A DNA stretch of 63,611 nucleotides, filler included, from Octopus bimaculoides (GCF_001194135.2; 5 parts of 5 records of this genome joined end to end with filler, not necessarily neighbours in it), one strand, 5' to 3'; positions 28,000 to 40,929 are shown, numbered from the whole stretch's first letter. Translations and numbers: made by a program. Notes: generated from the sequence alone by a model not told the origin.

Positions 28000-28465
28000 G
28001 TACATGGCACATACATTTTATATTTTTGTACATTGACATATATTTTATTGGAATTGTTTCTTACATAAATGACGTGTTTTAACTAGGTAATATAATTATT
28101 CATTTAGTGCAAATAAATTAGATATTGAAAATTGTGATCGTTAGGAATATTTTCCTGTTTACTGAATTACTATAACAATGAGAGACAAATTATATCGTTA
28201 TTTATCGAATATATTACAATGAATTATATCCTTTTGAAGCAATTGATAATAAACTAATTTTATTTCTCAAAAGAACAGAAATTGCAATAAATTCAATAAA
28301 ACCTGTGTAATGTGTTGTGTTCAGTTTTAATATCAGCAAATGTGATTGATAATAAATTTACGAATTTTTGAATTTTCACTACTTTGGATAAAATGTGTTG
28401 CGGATACGCTTGTCAACAAAAGTACATACATGTGTATATATGTATAAATATGTACATATATACAA

Positions 28466-28496
<31 letters not shown>

Positions 28497-28715
28497 NNNN
28501 NNNNNNNNNNNNNNNNNNNNNNNNNNNNNNNNNNNNNNNNNNNNNNNNNNNNNNNNNNNNNNNNNNNNNNNNNNNNNNNNNNNNNNNNNNNNNNNNNNNN
28601 NNNNNNNNNNNNNNNNNNNNNNNNNNNNNNNNNNNNNNNNNNNNNNNNNNNNNNNNNNNNNNNNNNNNNNNNNNNNNNNNNNNNNNNNNNNNNNNNNNNN
28701 NNNNNNNNNNNNNNN

Positions 28716-28746
<31 letters not shown>

Positions 28747-28797
28747 AATGAGATAAAGAGACCAATGGCATAAATAAATTTATATTTGATGTATAAT

Positions 28798-28846
28798 GTC
28801 TTACAGCTGTTTCAGGGAAACTTCAATGTATCCGTTCATCGGAGAC
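28798..28846 (-). ncRNA. Degenerate minimal type-I hammerhead ribozyme motif (Penelope pLTR-type)
   Basis: Minus strand gtct-CCGATGA-acggatacattgaagtttccct-GAAAC-agct-GTA-agac. Stem I gtct/agac, palindromic stem III ACAGCTGT, GUA cleavage triplet. One core substitution (CUGAUGA to CCGAUGA). Confidence 0.6.
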
Positions 28847-29493
28847 TGTAATAGTAGAAGATAAAGATTATTACATCTCCATGAGGAGATTTACAGTAAG
28901 AAATGAGAGCGATGAGGAGAAGAAAAAAACAAGAAGAAAAAGTATAGTTCCATTCCAAAAGTAAATATCCATGTATAGAATCCGTGTCGGTATTTTCCAG
29001 TGATAATCATAGTCATCCACCAATATAACAATATAAATTGGATAAAAATTCCAATTAAAAAAAATATATAAACCGTTACAAGTTAGAATAAACATAAAAC
29101 AATGTTTTATGGGGTATCTATTTACTTCTGTCATGTCTAGAAAAAAACTTTCTTTCGTCGAGGGCTTATATACCCCATTATAAGACTATTTTATTTAGTC
29201 ATTCCGCAAAGATCGCTATAAGCTTTAATCTTATAAAATACTATTATTATTATTATTTACAAAATTGCAAACCTAATAAAAGCAATATTACATTAATTGA
29301 AGGATCACTGAATACATTTCGTAGAGTAGATATTTATTATTCTTTAACAAGAATGGTTACTGACAGCGAATTCGAAGAACTGGCTAGTTAAGCCATCATC
29401 GGACTGTCCGATGTTCGCTTACGCATATACATACATACATACATTTTTTTTTTATAAGTGCACAAATGTGTAGTGTAACATACAAATAAGATG

Positions 29494-29684
29494 ATAATTT
29501 ATTTAAAATCTCAGAAACGCCGTTAGAACGGCGGAATTATTGAGTAAATTAACCTTACAAAGCCGAAGAATTTGCCAAGAAATACCGATGGCTGCTTGTT
29601 GACAAATTGTTCCGCTTTGTAAGGGTAATTTACGCAATATTTCTGCTGTTCTAACGGCATTTCTGCGTTGGGAAATAAACTATG
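29494..29684. repeat. Fold-back (MITE-like) inverted repeat, about 65-85 bp arms
   Basis: 29512-29574 cagaaacgccgttagaacggcggaattattgagtaaattaaccttacaaagccgaagaatttg pairs with the reverse complement of 29603-29665 with about 8 mismatches. Confidence 0.9.
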
Positions 29685-30609
29685 CTCTCATATATATATA
29701 TATATGTATTTTAGTTTGTATGTATATATGTATATATGTACGTATGTATGTATAAATGCGCGTGTGTGTACTGAAACTGAAAGTAGCACTGCATTACAGT
29801 TGTCCATTTTTGCTATTTTCAACTTAAAAGAAGTTTAAAAAAACTATTCTATTTGATCGAAGTCAAGGTACGAAAGTTCATCGCTGCTAGATAAACACAG
29901 ATAAATATCATCTAGAAAGATGATTCATCTCCTTACTAGTTCTAAGGTCTGTAAGTGATCTGATGTTGAAAACATTGATGTAGCTTCTTAAAGAAAGTAT
30001 GAATGTGTAGATCAAAACAGCTGGTATTATGTTATGTATGCACTCCTACACAGCTGAATTGCTTATTCTATTAATTATTTTTTTTACTTCTGTCGCTTCA
30101 AGAGACCGAAACAGCATCTATGTTTGAAGGTTATATTTAAAAGAACCTATATTAACAAACACTTAATTTTGGTGAGAGTGAAAGAGAAACCTGCGAGATA
30201 AACTTTTTTCTTCGTTGTTGGTTCATTTCGTTATTGATATTATTTCAACAGTTTAAATTTTGAAATTTTATTTAAATATTTCGTACATATAACACAGTGT
30301 AGGCACGGAAATATATGTCGCCACGGCACAGCTACATATAAAGCTAAAAATACTTCTACTTTGATATGATATGTTGTTCAACTATGCAAGCTATAAAATC
30401 GCAAATAGTAACATGAACATTCAATCATTAATATCATGACATACATAAGAATCATATTAGAACGCTCAATGAGGAATTTTTATTATTGATTTATGTATGT
30501 ATTTGTGTAACTATCTGTGTATGTCTGTTTCTATGTGTAAGTAGTTTCTATATCTTTCTATCTATCTATCTACATATATATATATCTATATGTATGTATT
30601 TAGTTTTAT

Positions 30610-30891
30610 TCTTTTACTTATTTCAGTAATTTGATTGTGGCCATACTGGAGCACCATCTTAAAGGGTTTTAGTTAAAGAAATCGGTCTCAAGATTTATAC
30701 TTTGTAAGCCTAGTACTTATTCCATCGGACTTTTGGTGAACCGCTAAGTTACAGGGACGTAAACACACCAGCAAAGCTACTCACCAGGCATTGGTCGACC
30801 CGAGGTCATAGTAGAAGACACTTCCAAACAGTGGGGCTGAACTCAATACAATGTGGTTGGGAAGGGAGCATCTTACTACACAGCCACGCCT
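30610..30891 (-). mobile_element. SINE family A (head plus 3' part, internally deleted)
   Basis: Ends cagccacgcct (reverse complement of the tRNA-like head aggcgtggctg). Also atagtagaagacactt and ccgctaagttacagggacgtaaacacacc. Confidence 0.8.
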
Positions 30892-31089
30892 ACATCTATA
30901 CATAAGTTTATAGAAATGAAGACAGTTGTAGGAACAACAAGCAAGTGTATTAGTTTGCTACTCGGGGAAAATGGAGAAGTATTTTGCGTTTCGGGACTAC
31001 GCTTTCCGACAGAAAAGAATAAGAGGAAATAAATAGAGAGGGAATGAAAAAAAGAAAAAAACGGGCAGAGTCAGCGGTCAAACATGGCG

Positions 31090-31290
31090 AAATGTTACTT
31101 GTTTCAGTCATTTGACTGCGGCCATGATGGAGCACCACCTTTATTGGAGAAAATCGCGCCCAGGACTTATTTTTTGTAAGCCTAGTACTTAATCTATCGG
31201 CTCTTTTTGCCGAACCGTTAAGTTACGGGGACGTAAACACACCAGCATCGGTTGTCAAGTAATGGTGGGGGGACAAACACAGACACACAA

Positions 31291-31300
<10 letters not shown>
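31090..31300 (-). mobile_element. SINE family A, 3' half
   Basis: gtttcagtcatttgactgcggccatg..gagcacc...ccgaaccgttaagttacggggacgtaaacacaccagcatcggttgtcaag. Confidence 0.85.
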
Positions 31301-31339
<39 letters not shown>

Positions 31340-31479
31340 TATATATATATATGTATATATATGTATATATTTACTTGGAGAACGGAGCAACAAATACAAG
31401 AAAAAGCATTTTCGTTGGACTAGATAGCCGTTGTTTTATTATGTGGAGCTTGTGAAATGAGTCAGTGTGGAGGTTTAGG

Positions 31480-32012
31480 TTATAACATGGGCCTCAAAAC
31501 CAACATAGTCCGCTCACTAGTGAACATAATAGATAAACATCTCATTGTGAACAATAAATACGCAGAAATATTTAAGAACAAAATAAGAATCGGCCACAGC
31601 CTAACATGTAACTTAGCTACCATAATAGCATCTTTTAATAATAAGAAATTAGACGCATTCTATACAGCTAGAAACACCACGAACAAACAAATCAACAACC
31701 CTCTAAACAATAGGAATAAATCCAACCCTAGGCCAACACCCCTTACTAGGAGGGATGCACACCGAAAAAACAATAGGGCCACACAACAACACACATACAT
31801 AGACACCCCTCATAACCTATGTGGCTGTAGAGATAGGAACAAATGCAACTTCTCCAATAGGTGCAAGACAGATAATATAGTTTATCAATGTGATGTACAA
31901 ACAAATAGCCACACTAAATCTTACATTGGGGAAACGAGTAACCAAATACGTTTAAGATATAATGAGCACCTAGCGAGTTTTAAAAACAGAAATAAGGCAA
32001 ATTCTACAGGGC
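31480..32012 (+). mobile_element. Penelope-like element fragment: linker, Cys-rich motif and GIY-YIG endonuclease
   Basis: ORF 31457-32041: YNMGLKTNIVRSLVNIIDKH..IRIGHS..NLATII..CGCRDRNKCNFSNRCKTDNIVYQCDV..SYIGETSNQIRLRYNEHLASFKNRNKANSTGL. Confidence 0.88.
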
Positions 32013-32014
32013 TT

Positions 32015-32255
32015 AATTCGCCGTTGTATATGTGTGTGTGAGGGGGTATATTTGTGTGTCTGTGTTTGTCTCCCCACCGTCGCTTGACAACCGATGTTGG
32101 TGTTTAAGTCCCCGTAACTTATTGGTTCGAAAAGTGACCGATACAATAAGTACTAGGCTCACAAAGAATAAGTCTTGGAGTCGATTTCTTTGACTAAAAG
32201 CAGTGCCCCAGGAATGCCGCAGTCAAATGACTGAAATAAGTAAAGAAAGGAAAAG
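32015..32255 (+). mobile_element. SINE family A, 3' half
   Basis: gtcgcttgacaaccgatgttggtgttt..gtccccgtaactta..aagtactaggctcacaaag..gcagtcaaatgactgaaa. Confidence 0.85.
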
Positions 32256-32904
32256 AAAATAAAAGAAATATACACCGGCGTCTGTACACACTCGCCTACA
32301 ATCACAATATAGAATAGATAATAATGTGTATATATTTGTATATGACTCTGCGTGTTCAAGTGCACGCATTTGCGCGTGCGTAGTGTGTGTGTGAGGTAGA
32401 TAAAATGAAATAGTTAATCCAATTTTTTCGCTTCACATTTTTAAGGAAATAAATGAACATAATTGTAGATTGTCGGAGTCAAAATTTCCGTAGGCTGCAA
32501 AAATCATTGAATTAACGTTTTAAGCTCTAAAACTGTATAACTGGTTACTTTGTGCGCTATTTTTATTGTTGATATAACTGTCTTCACAATTTTATAGTGT
32601 AAATTAATAATGTGTCCTGTTTTATGACCTCTAATGACCCGAGTTTTATGACCCCAGCTTGAAAATGCGATAGCGTCTTACGGTAAAAAAAAATCAAGCT
32701 GGAAAGCATAAAAAACCCGAAAGCCGTATAACATTAATATATTTATATCAGTGCTGCATCAAACTGAACACAATGAGACATACAACTGTAAAGAAACCTA
32801 AAACACTTGTCACTTTCATGTGTACGCTATAGTTGAGGTATTCCCGCTTTTACAGTTGTCGAAATTTTACTGATATTGTGTAATTGTTGTTGCTTTCATT
32901 ATTA

Positions 32905-33085
32905 GTAGGCACGGTGAAATGCTTAGCGTTATTTCGTCTGTCTACATTCTGAGTTCAAATTCCGCCGAGGTTGAATTCGCGTTTTATCCTTTCGGCATTG
33001 AGAAATTAAGTACCTTTCGGGCACTGGGGGGGGATGTCAATGGCATCGACTATTACCCCCCCCCTCCTCCACTAAAAAGTTTCAG
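32905..33085 (+). mobile_element. SINE family B (Deu/Nin-like)
   Basis: gaaatgcttagcgttatttcgtctg..ttctgagttcaaattccgccgagg..ttttatcctttcgg..gagaaattaagtacc. Confidence 0.8.
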
Positions 33086-33235
33086 GCTTTCTTTCTACAT
33101 TCACTCCATCAAATCGACGTTGCCTGAACAAATGCACGGTGTACCACACGTCAGGTGTCGAAGTCATCGCAGAACAACGTGTGGCGATGTGCTTTGATGA
33201 AGAACACAACGCAACTCCATGCCCCCACTATATTT

Positions 33236-33274
<39 letters not shown>

Positions 33275-34778
33275 NNNNNNNNNNNNNNNNNNNNNNNNNN
33301 NNNNNNNNNNNNNNNNNNNNNNNNNNNNNNNNNNNNNNNNNNNNNNNNNNNNNNNNNNNNNNNNNNNNNNNNNNNNNNNNNNNNNNNNNNNNNNNNNNNN
33401 NNNNNNNNNNNNNNNNNNNNNNNNNNNNNNNNNNNNNNNNNNNNNNNNNNNNNNNNNNNNNNNNNNNNNNNNNNNNNNNNNNNNNNNNNNNNNNNNNNNN
33501 NNNNNNNNNNNNNNNNNNNNNNNNNNNNNNNNNNNNNNNNNNNNNNNNNNNNNNNNNNNNNNNNNNNNNNNNNNNNNNNNNNNNNNNNNNNNNNNNNNNN
33601 NNNNNNNNNNNNNNNNNNNNNNNNNNNNNNNNNNNNNNNNNNNNNNNNNNNNNNNNNNNNNNNNNNNNNNNNNNNNNNNNNNNNNNNNNNNNNNNNNNNN
33701 NNNNNNNNNNNNNNNNNNNNNNNNNNNNNNNNNNNNNNNNNNNNNNNNNNNNNNNNNNNNNNNNNNNNNNNNNNNNNNNNNNNNNNNNNNNNNNNNNNNN
33801 NNNNNNNNNNNNNNNNNNNNNNNNNNNNNNNNNNNNNNNNNNNNNNNNNNNNNNNNNNNNNNNNNNNNNNNNNNNNNNNNNNNNNNNNNNNNNNNNNNNN
33901 NNNNNNNNNNNNNNNNNNNNNNNNNNNNNNNNNNNNNNNNNNNNNNNNNNNNNNNNNNNNNNNNNNNNNNNNNNNNNNNNNNNNNNNNNNNNNNNNNNNN
34001 NNNNNNNNNNNNNNNNNNNNNNNNNNNNNNNNNNNNNNNNNNNNNNNNNNNNNNNNNNNNNNNNNNNNNNNNNNNNNNNNNNNNNNNNNNNNNNNNNNNN
34101 NNNNNNNNNNNNNNNNNNNNNNNNNNNNNNNNNNNNNNNNNNNNNNNNNNNNNNNNNNNNNNNNNNNNNNNNNNNNNNNNNNNNNNNNNNNTATATATAT
34201 ATGAAATAATTAGCCGCGTAGCTCGTTAGCAAGTGTGACGTAGTAGCTTTATACCACACTTTCGTTAACTGGTTTATAGCCACCAGCAGACACAGCCATT
34301 ACCTTGTCCCGATTCTAAAGCAATGCAACAACAAGGATGTGACAACTGAAGACAGGTACGGTTGCATCGTCTCTAGTTTGGTACTCAATTTAAATTCAAT
34401 AGAATAATCCCGAGGTTAATAATTTGCCTTAACCGCGGGTACAACGCGCTAGACATCCTGGCATGAGTAACACAAATTTATGCTTGAAGACTAACAGTGA
34501 AATTACGACACTGCACGCACACACACACACACACATACACGCACACACATACGCGCACACACATACGCACTTGAATAAAATAGAATGTGTCTTTGAACGC
34601 GTCATTTGTGTTCGTGTATCTGTGAATGATTGGATATGTGTATGGGTGTTAACTCTACTTGAATTTATTGGTATCTGATGGTTTAATATACATAACTAAG
34701 TTCGTTTAACACAGAATGATTTCTCGATATCTACCTGAGTTTATTCATATTTCTCTCTCTCACACACACACACACACA

Positions 34779-34839
<61 letters not shown>

Positions 34840-35438
34840 NNNNNNNNNNNNNNNNNNNNNNNNNNNNNNNNNNNNNNNNNNNNNNNNNNNNNNNNNNNNN
34901 NNNNNNNNNNNNNNNNNNNNNNNNNNNNNNNNNNNNNNNNNNNNNNNNNNNNNNNNNNNNNNNNNNNNNNNNNNNNNNNNNNNNNNNNNNNNNNNNNNNN
35001 NNNNNNNNNNNNNNNNNNNNNNNNNNNNNNNNNNNNNNNNNNNNNNNNNNNNNNNNNNNNNNNNNNNNNNNNNNNNNNNNNNNNNNNNNNNNNNNNNNNN
35101 NNNNNNNNNNNNNNNNNNNNNNNNNNNNNNNNNNNNNNNNNNNNNNNNNNNNNNNNNNNNNNNNNNNNNNNNNNNNNNNNNNNNNNNNNNNNNNNNNNNN
35201 NNNNNNNNNNNNNNNNNNNNNNNNNNNNNNNNNNNNNNNNNNNNNNNNNNNNNNNNNNNNNNNNNNNNNNNNNNNNNNNNNNNNNNNNNNNNNNNNNNNN
35301 NNNNNNNNNNNNNNNNNNNNNNNNNNNNNNNNNNNNNNNNNNNNNNNNNNNNNNNNNNNNNNNNNTATATATATATATATATGCATGTATGTATGTATGT
35401 ATATATATATATTTACATATATATATACATACATACAA

Positions 35439-35469
<31 letters not shown>

Positions 35470-37752
35470 CATATACAGACATACATATATTTTTATTCAT
35501 GTATGCGTATTCATGAGAATACTTATACTTGTAGGCTCATAAATTTTGATGGCCACTCCTATCTATTTCGAAGTGGCTGAATAGTTCAGCACGTCATATG
35601 AATCTATCTATGAGTATAAAATTTATGGCTACTAAACCTTGGTATTCTACTGAAATAATTTACTCTGCATGTAGATCTGATGATTTGACAGTCACGAAGA
35701 TCCCAACGACCCATACACTACTGAATTCTATCTTAAGCAATATAACATTAATGCTTATCTACATAATACTCGACACATTCCACAGTACATAGCACATATC
35801 TAGTTTCAAGTAAATTACTAGATCAACATTACACCTGACACAGTTTTGTGAATATCTGTTATACTTTACATTAATGATAAATAACTTCATGCGAAACAAT
35901 TATCGTTGGAAAGGTGTTAGCTCGCGCGCTATTTATGTTCATTTATACATACATGTGCATACAGACGCAGACACGCGCATACACAAACACACACACATAC
36001 ACATATACGTCATAGTATTTTCTATTTTTGTCCCCTTTACTTGTATCCATATAAGGAGAACACATTATATATTTACAGAGACACACTCAAACACATATTT
36101 AGACACGGAAACGGTGATATATTTGTATGAACATGTGTATGCGTATACGTCTGTATTAGCAGGTTTGTGTGTGAAGTTGTATCAATGTAGGTATATATGT
36201 ATGTGTATGCATGTACGTGTTTGCATATAGGTTTGTATGTATACATGTATCATTATCTGTCTAGGTTCGACACATATTTGAAAATTGATTGCATTTGTCT
36301 GGCTTTGCCACCAGTTAACTCATTATCTTCCACCGGTTTAGCAGAACAATCACCATCACCTTAAAAGACTGACATCATCATCAAACCTCGCCAGTATAAT
36401 CTCTCCACCTAGACCAACTCTAAATTGCTGTGTCTAACATCAGCACCNNNNNNNNNNNNNNNNNNNNNNNNNNNNNNNNNNNNNNNNNNNNNNNNNNNNN
36501 NNNNNNNNNNNNNNNNNNNNNNNNNNNNNNNNNNNNNNNNNNNNNNNNNNNNNNNNNNNNNNNNNNNNNNNNNNNNNNNNNNNNNNNNNNNNNNNNNNNN
36601 NNNNNNNNCAGTATAATCTCTCCACCTAGACCAACTCTAAATTGCTGTGTCTAACATCAGCACCAACACTTTTACAAGCATTACGCCAATATGCCATAAA
36701 TATTTCAAACTGATGATTACTTTGTGTGGGATGTGTGAAACCAAAATGCGAAGCTAACTAATTTTTGTTAGAGCAACGCTATTGGTAAGTGACATCATGT
36801 CTATCAAACACCATTCGCCATCTATATTTTACTAGTGGACTTTTCTCCTCTGATTTTGTCATGTTTGTTTCATTAGTTTTTTTTCTTCTTTTTTTTCTTT
36901 TTCGCTTCTGAATGTTTTGTTCTAGGAAATACTGTGTAATAAGATCAATAATTTCACACTCTTCCCGTCATTTTCGCACCTTTCCTCTTGTTTCTATGTA
37001 TCGCATATGTGGTTTTCTCTCTGCATTTTTATTCCACTCCTCTATTTTGTATGGTTCCTTTCAACCAGTTCTCGTCTATTTCTCTGTTACAATCCACTTA
37101 TTTCTCCAGCGCAGTTTCATCCCAGTAGTTGTGTCTTTAACTGATCACTTGATCTGATAAATTCTGCTACAAAATCTAATCAGACGCATCGTATCATTGA
37201 ATGAAAAGATAAAACATCAGTTAGCTCTTACTGTACTGAATGTCATAAGTCTTTGCAAAAAATATTGATAGGAGGTTAAACGACAATCACAGCGCCAGCG
37301 ATGCGATATATTTAGTATACTTACGGCCATTTCTTTTTATAATTACAAATCAATTATTAACATTTCTTGCTTTATGAGTGTGAGTGTGTGTCGGGGAGTA
37401 TTAGTGTTTCTTTTCGAACCTTCGTAGCCGGTGTTTCTATTTCACGTCCCAGTTACGAAGCGATTCAGCAAATAATGCAAAACGTATAGTCTAGGAAGAC
37501 GTGAATGATAGAAGTGAAAATAACTTCTAAAATTGTGCTGGAGTCGGTTTGTCGGCTACGAAGCATCAAGGCGCTGCTTCATCGATATTGCAATCCATTG
37601 TGCTTAAAACAATATGTATGTATCTGTGTTTCAAACTACCTATCTAACTATCTGTTTATCTATCGATCTATTGATCTATCCATTAATCTATCAATCTATC
37701 ATTCTATCTAATCTGTCTATCAACCTATGTATTGCTTTATTTATTTACACCC

Positions 37753-37795
<43 letters not shown>

Positions 37796-38504
37796 AATNN
37801 NNNNNNNNNNNNNNNNNNNNNNNNNNNNNNNNNNNNNNNNNNNNNNNNNNNNNNNNNNNNNNNNNNNNNNNNNNNNNNNNNNNNNNNNNNNNNNNNNNNN
37901 NNNNNNNNNNNNNNNNNNNNNNNNNNNNNNNNNNNNNNNNNNNNNNNNNNNNNNNNNNNNNNNNNNNNNNNNNNNNNNNNNNNNNNNNNNNNNNNNNNNN
38001 NNNNNNNNNNNNNNNNNNNNNNNNNNNNNNNNNNNNNNNNNNNNNNNNNNNNNNNNNNNNNNNNNNNNNNNNNNNNNNNNNNNNNNNNNNNNNNNNNNNN
38101 NNNNNNNNNNNNNNNNNNNNNNNNNNNNNNNNNNNNNNNNNNNNNNNNNNNNNNNNNNNNNNNNNNNNNNNNNNNNNNNNNNNNNNNNNNNNNNNNNNNN
38201 NNNNNNNNNNNNNNNNNNNNNNNNNNNNNNNNNNNNNNNNNNNNNNNNNNNNNNNNNNNNNNNNNNNNNNNNNNNNNNNNNNNNNNNNNNNNNNNNNNNN
38301 NNNNNNNNNNNNNNNNNNNNNNNNNNNNNNNNNNNNNNNNNNNNNNNNNNNNNNNNNNNNNNNNNNNNNNNNNNNNNNNNNNNNNNNNNNNNNNNNNNNN
38401 NNNNNNNNNNNNNNNNNNNNNNNNNNNNNNNNNNNNNNNNNNNNNNNNNGTATAGATAGATAGATTGATAGATAGATAGATAGATGGTTAGATAGATAGA
38501 TAGA

Positions 38505-38990
38505 TATCTTTTTTATTATAGCCACACAGGGCTAAATACAGAAAATGAACAAATTACAAAGTAGAGCTTTTCTTGGGGGGGGGGATAATTTCTATCAAAA
38601 GGGATCGCGGAAAGAAAAAAAAACGTGGGGGGAGGAGCGATCAATAGGGATCGTCATCAAAACAGCAACCACACGTATTAACAGCCCTCTCACCACCACT
38701 GGGGAAACAGTTTCGCCAGCGTGCAAGTTAAATTTGACAGCGAAGAGAAAGCGAAAGAGTTGTGCACGCTGACTCTTCGTTCCGAACATATAATATTGGT
38801 ACCCACGTACCTTGGACAAAGGGTAACCAGAGTATCAACAAAAAATGTCCCTCCAGAAGTGGAACCACAATGGCTGTTATCAGCTATTTGTTATCACATG
38901 GAAGGAAATATAAACATTCTAGAAACTACTGCATTAAATCAACAACCATCAACAATACACCCACTTCAACAAACAAACACACAAGCAGAC
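38505..38990 (-). mobile_element. Tx1-like LINE 3' UTR (minus) fused to an oppositely oriented ORF1-like segment, embedded in (GATA)n
   Basis: 38505-38660 is homologous to the 3' UTR at 39071-39197. Plus-strand ORF 38700-38940 WGNSFASVQVKFDSEEKAKELCT..LVPTYLGQRVTRVSTKNVPPEV resembles L1/Tx1 ORF1p (assignment by recall). Confidence 0.6.
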
Positions 38991-39001
38991 TACAGACCGA
39001 C

Positions 39002-39070
<69 letters not shown>

Positions 39071-39074
<4 letters not shown>

Positions 39075-39620
39075 TCTTTTATTAGCCACACAGGGCTCAA
39101 CAAAGATGGGACAAATACAATGTAGAGCTTTTCTTTTGGGGAGGGGGAAGGGAAAGAGAGAAAAAAAAGTAGGGGTGTGTTGATCAAAAGGGATCGTNNN
39201 NNNNNNNNNNNNNNNNNNNNNNNNNNNNNNNNNNNNNNNNNNNNNNNNNNNNNNNNNNNNNNNNNNNNNNNNNNNNNNNNNNNNNNNNNNNNNNNNNNNN
39301 NNNNNNNNNNNNNNNNNNNNNNNNNNNNNNNNNNNNNNNNNNNNNNNNNNNNNNNNNNNNNNNNNNNNNNNNNNNNNNNNNNNNNNNNNNNNNNNNNNNN
39401 NNNNNNNNNNNNNNNNNNNNNNNNNNNNNNNNNNNNNNNNNNNNNNNNNNNNNNNNNNNNNNNNNNNNNNNNNNNNNNNNNNNNNNNNNNNNNNNNNNNN
39501 NNNNNNNNNNNNNNNNNNNNNNNNNNNNNNNNNTGAAGAAGTTGATGAGAGATTGCCCAGAGAGGAACGTCTTTGTCTCTAGACCTTTCAGACGCGTCCA
39601 CCATACACATTCTTTCGCCT
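39071..39620 (-). mobile_element. Tx1-like LINE short 3' end, embedded in (GATA)n, spans a gap
   Basis: AKECVWWTRLKGLETKTFLSGQSLINFF (39535-39620) is paralogous to 27000-27110. 3' end gagccctgtgtggctaataaaaga followed by (TCTA)n. Confidence 0.85.
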
Positions 39621-39794
39621 GAGAGACAGATAAAGAGATAGATAAGTACATAGGTAATACGGACAAGCAAGCAGACACACACATGCAAACACACTCGAAT
39701 ACACACACACACGCAAACATAAGCACACAAACGCATGAATATGCAGAACCCATACATACATACAAACAAACGTACACACACGCACACACGCACA

Positions 39795-39834
<40 letters not shown>

Positions 39835-40847
39835 TACACACACATACATGCATATCCACACATACATGCATGTATGCACATGCACACTGACACACATTCA
39901 ATGCACAGAGAAACAAAAGGAACGAAGCTCTGATAACGGATAGAGTCAACGACTATTCAAAATGTTGCAAGACGCAAAGAAAATTCTAAAAAAAATATAT
40001 AAGTAAATAAGTGGAAAACGAACTGGTGAATGTTTTAAATAATAAGGCACTAAAAGAGAATGACACTCTTCTTTCTGCCATTTCCGATCCCTGAAACTGA
40101 CACTTTACTTCTCCTCCTCTCATGACACTTACTGTGTACAAATACCACTTTATCTAGAAATACCACTTTAACTACTACATCACCTACTTATCGTTCAGAG
40201 GATCAGATGTGCAATTTTCACCTTTCACTTGTGTTTCCTGTGGGTAAAAGCGTGAAAATGTTCAAATACAACATTGGCTAACGACCTGACCTTCGAAGAA
40301 CACGGCAGCTGCTCGTTTATCAAGACATTTCTTGTAAAACAATGAACATTTTGGAGTGTGTGTGTGTGTGAGTGTGATTTTGTGTGTGTGCAGGCGAGTG
40401 TGTGTATATGTGTATGTATTTGTATGTGTTTGTGTGCGTGTTTGTGTGTGCTTGAGTGAGTGTATATTTATGTTCTTGATAGCAGAGGTAAATAAGACTA
40501 AAATGTTAGTAATGTCGACATCGACTACGACCACATGATTACTTCCATCATGATTTTAGCCATGCTTATAAGGATTTAATAAATCATCTGCATCGCGGGT
40601 TGATTAGGGCATTATTGAATAAGCACTTATATTCATTGGGGTTTTGCTGTTAGACACTGCGTCATGGCTATCTTGATGGCTCATGATCTCATATTTTTCC
40701 AGCAGTATGAATGGTAGTTATTTTGGTGTTGACATGAAAATGAAGTCATTGTTGTTAAAAAAAAAATGTTTATGTAATGTTTATTAAAATATATATGCTC
40801 TTGATGATGATACAGATGAGGATGGCGTGGAGGTAGGAGCGGAAGAA

Positions 40848-40929
40848 GAGAATGAAAAAGAGGAAGTAGAGAATGAAAAAGAGGAAGTAGAGAATGAAAA
40901 AGAGGAAGTAGAGAATGAAAAAGAGGAAG
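40848..40929. repeat. 21-bp minisatellite x4 (gagaatgaaaaagaggaagta)
   Basis: Directly visible tandem copies with no spacers. Confidence 0.95.

Noticed and set aside
35670-35800. ctgatga hammerhead-like start, and a 39-codon peptide FDSHEDPNDPYTTEFYLKQ...
   Set aside because: No GAAA core. The peptide lacks convincing splice signals or a recognisable homologue.
36392-36664. Identical 56-bp direct repeat flanking a gap (similar 21-bp case at 46581-46633)
   Set aside because: Exact identity immediately either side of a gap indicates unmerged contig overlap.
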